This document shows positions 57,226 through 58,079 of a stretch of DNA of 58,079 nucleotides, piece after piece. Source of the DNA: a virus (taxonomy: Duplodnaviria; Caudoviricetes); the IMG/VR virus record IMGVR_UViG_3300048823_000073, positions 1 to 58,079 of that record; one strand, written 5' to 3'. The position numbers were made by a program, and so were the translations under genes. Numbering within the stretch: the first letter of the stretch is position 1; each line of letters opens with the position of its first letter. Under the pieces are notes generated by a model. It was not told the origin of the DNA, did no database searches, and saw only the letters and a list, made by a program, of their open reading frames with translations.

Positions 57226-57542
57226 GGGCTCCATCTTCGCCCAAGAACCGCAGTCATGCCAGACTGACACGAGGCCAGCGGTCCGATTGTCTTACAATCA
57301 GCCGGAAGCGACGCCTCGCTAAAGTGGAAACCCCGCGATGAACGGGACAGAACCCAAGTCTTACCTTGGGGCTGGCATGGTGGCAAAATAGCAGACGGGA
57401 AGCAAAACCCCTGCGAATATGCCGCGTTACTCTGCAAGAACCCCCCTAACTAGGGTTGCTCGCCATGTTTACAGGGCGGCAAGCGGTGCAAATCCGCGCG
57501 GCGGGGTTCTTGCACGGTAACACTGGAAAACCCATAAGGGTT
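57226..57542 (+). ncRNA. Candidate large structured RNA or leader
   Basis: About ten consecutive stems; 12-bp perfect stem 57433-57444/57503-57514; T-loop GCGG-TGCAAAT-CCGC; potential pseudoknot. Confidence 0.55.
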
Positions 57543-57571
57543 AACCCTGTTACCTTTCAAGGTAAACGACA

Positions 57572-57862
57572 ATGGGAAAAACACTTAGAGCCGCGAAGCT
57601 TGCGCAGTCTTTCGTTCGCTTGGAACGTAAAAGCGTGACAAGTTTAGAGATTGCCGCACTAGGGCGTAAGCACGAACGCGAAATCAAGCGTGATGCTTAC
57701 TATGCGGCACGGCGCGAAATGATCGAATTACTGGACAAGCAAATGGATGCGGTGACGCGCGGTTTGCTTGCAACTAAGGTTGCGCCTGGCACCGCATACG
57801 GTGCGCGTGATCTGCAAACCAAAAAGGCTCGCGCTCTCTCGATGAACTCTTGGCGCGCATGA
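57572..57862 (+). CDS. Hypothetical basic protein
   Basis: ATG directly after the palindrome at 57550. Confidence 0.6.
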   Translation: MGKTLRAAKLAQSFVRLERKSVTSLEIAALGRKHEREIKRDAYYAARREMIELLDKQMDAVTRGLLATKVAPGTAYGARDLQTKKARALSMNSWRA

Positions 57863-57909
57863 GTTTCGATTGGGTTATCTCCGTCGGAATTTGTTTGCTC
57901 ACTTGGGCA

Positions 57910-58079
57910 GGCGCTTGATTATTGGTTGCGACCTTGGCATGGAAATTGCTAGGCCGCAACCAATTGTGGCAAAATTATGTGGATTTACACAATCGGCGCT
58001 TGATTATTGGTTGCGACCTTGGCATGGAAATTGCTAGGCCGCAACCAATTGTGGCAAAATTATGTGGATTTACACAATC
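57910..58079. repeat. Two 85-bp tandem units, continuing into 1-196 on the circle
   Basis: GGCGCTTGATTATTGGTTGCGACC... at 57910 and 57995. Confidence 0.9.

Larger units (their letters stand above)
1020..57565. repeat. Dispersed interrupted palindrome TTACY-N6-RGTAA, about 65-70 copies
   Basis: Read by eye, e.g. at 1020, 2712, 6251, 12125, 19879, 25862, 38675, 42296, 51675, 57134. Confidence 0.95.

Noticed and set aside
57433-57514. Canonical tRNA gene
   Set aside because: It has a T-loop and cloverleaf-like layout, but no proper D-loop GG, 7-nt anticodon loop or 7-bp acceptor stem with CCA; kept only as a tRNA-like domain
57953-58079. Physical direct terminal repeat of the virion DNA
   Set aside because: An exact 127-nt overlap is better explained as an assembler k-mer overlap; genome termini cannot be inferred from it

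Overview
This window looks like a complete, circularly assembled ~58 kb dsDNA tailed phage genome with a podovirus-like gene set; bases 1-127 equal 57953-58079. The host is possibly an alphaproteobacterium (weak inference). The + strand (~57.1 kb wrapping through 0 to 22.5 kb) carries early and replication genes: many small membrane or secreted peptides, a dATP/dGTP diphosphohydrolase, an AAA+/vWA pair, family A DNA polymerase, PD-(D/E)XK nuclease, VRR-NUC, SNF2 helicase, an SSB-like protein and a primase-DUF927 helicase. The - strand (51.7 to 22.5 kb) carries portal, scaffold, major capsid, adaptors, lysis, tail and internal virion proteins. The terminase genes are divergent on the + strand. 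Most striking is an interrupted palindrome, TTACY-N6-RGTAA, present about 65-70 times across the genome: over promoters, at gene junctions and inside genes. Also notable are a ~300-nt highly structured non-coding region with a T-loop (57226-57542), further structured intergenic RNA candidates, an integrase crippled by an internal deletion, and a shared aromatic-x-x-GG motif in virion proteins. All protein assignments come from motif recognition by eye; no database search was run.
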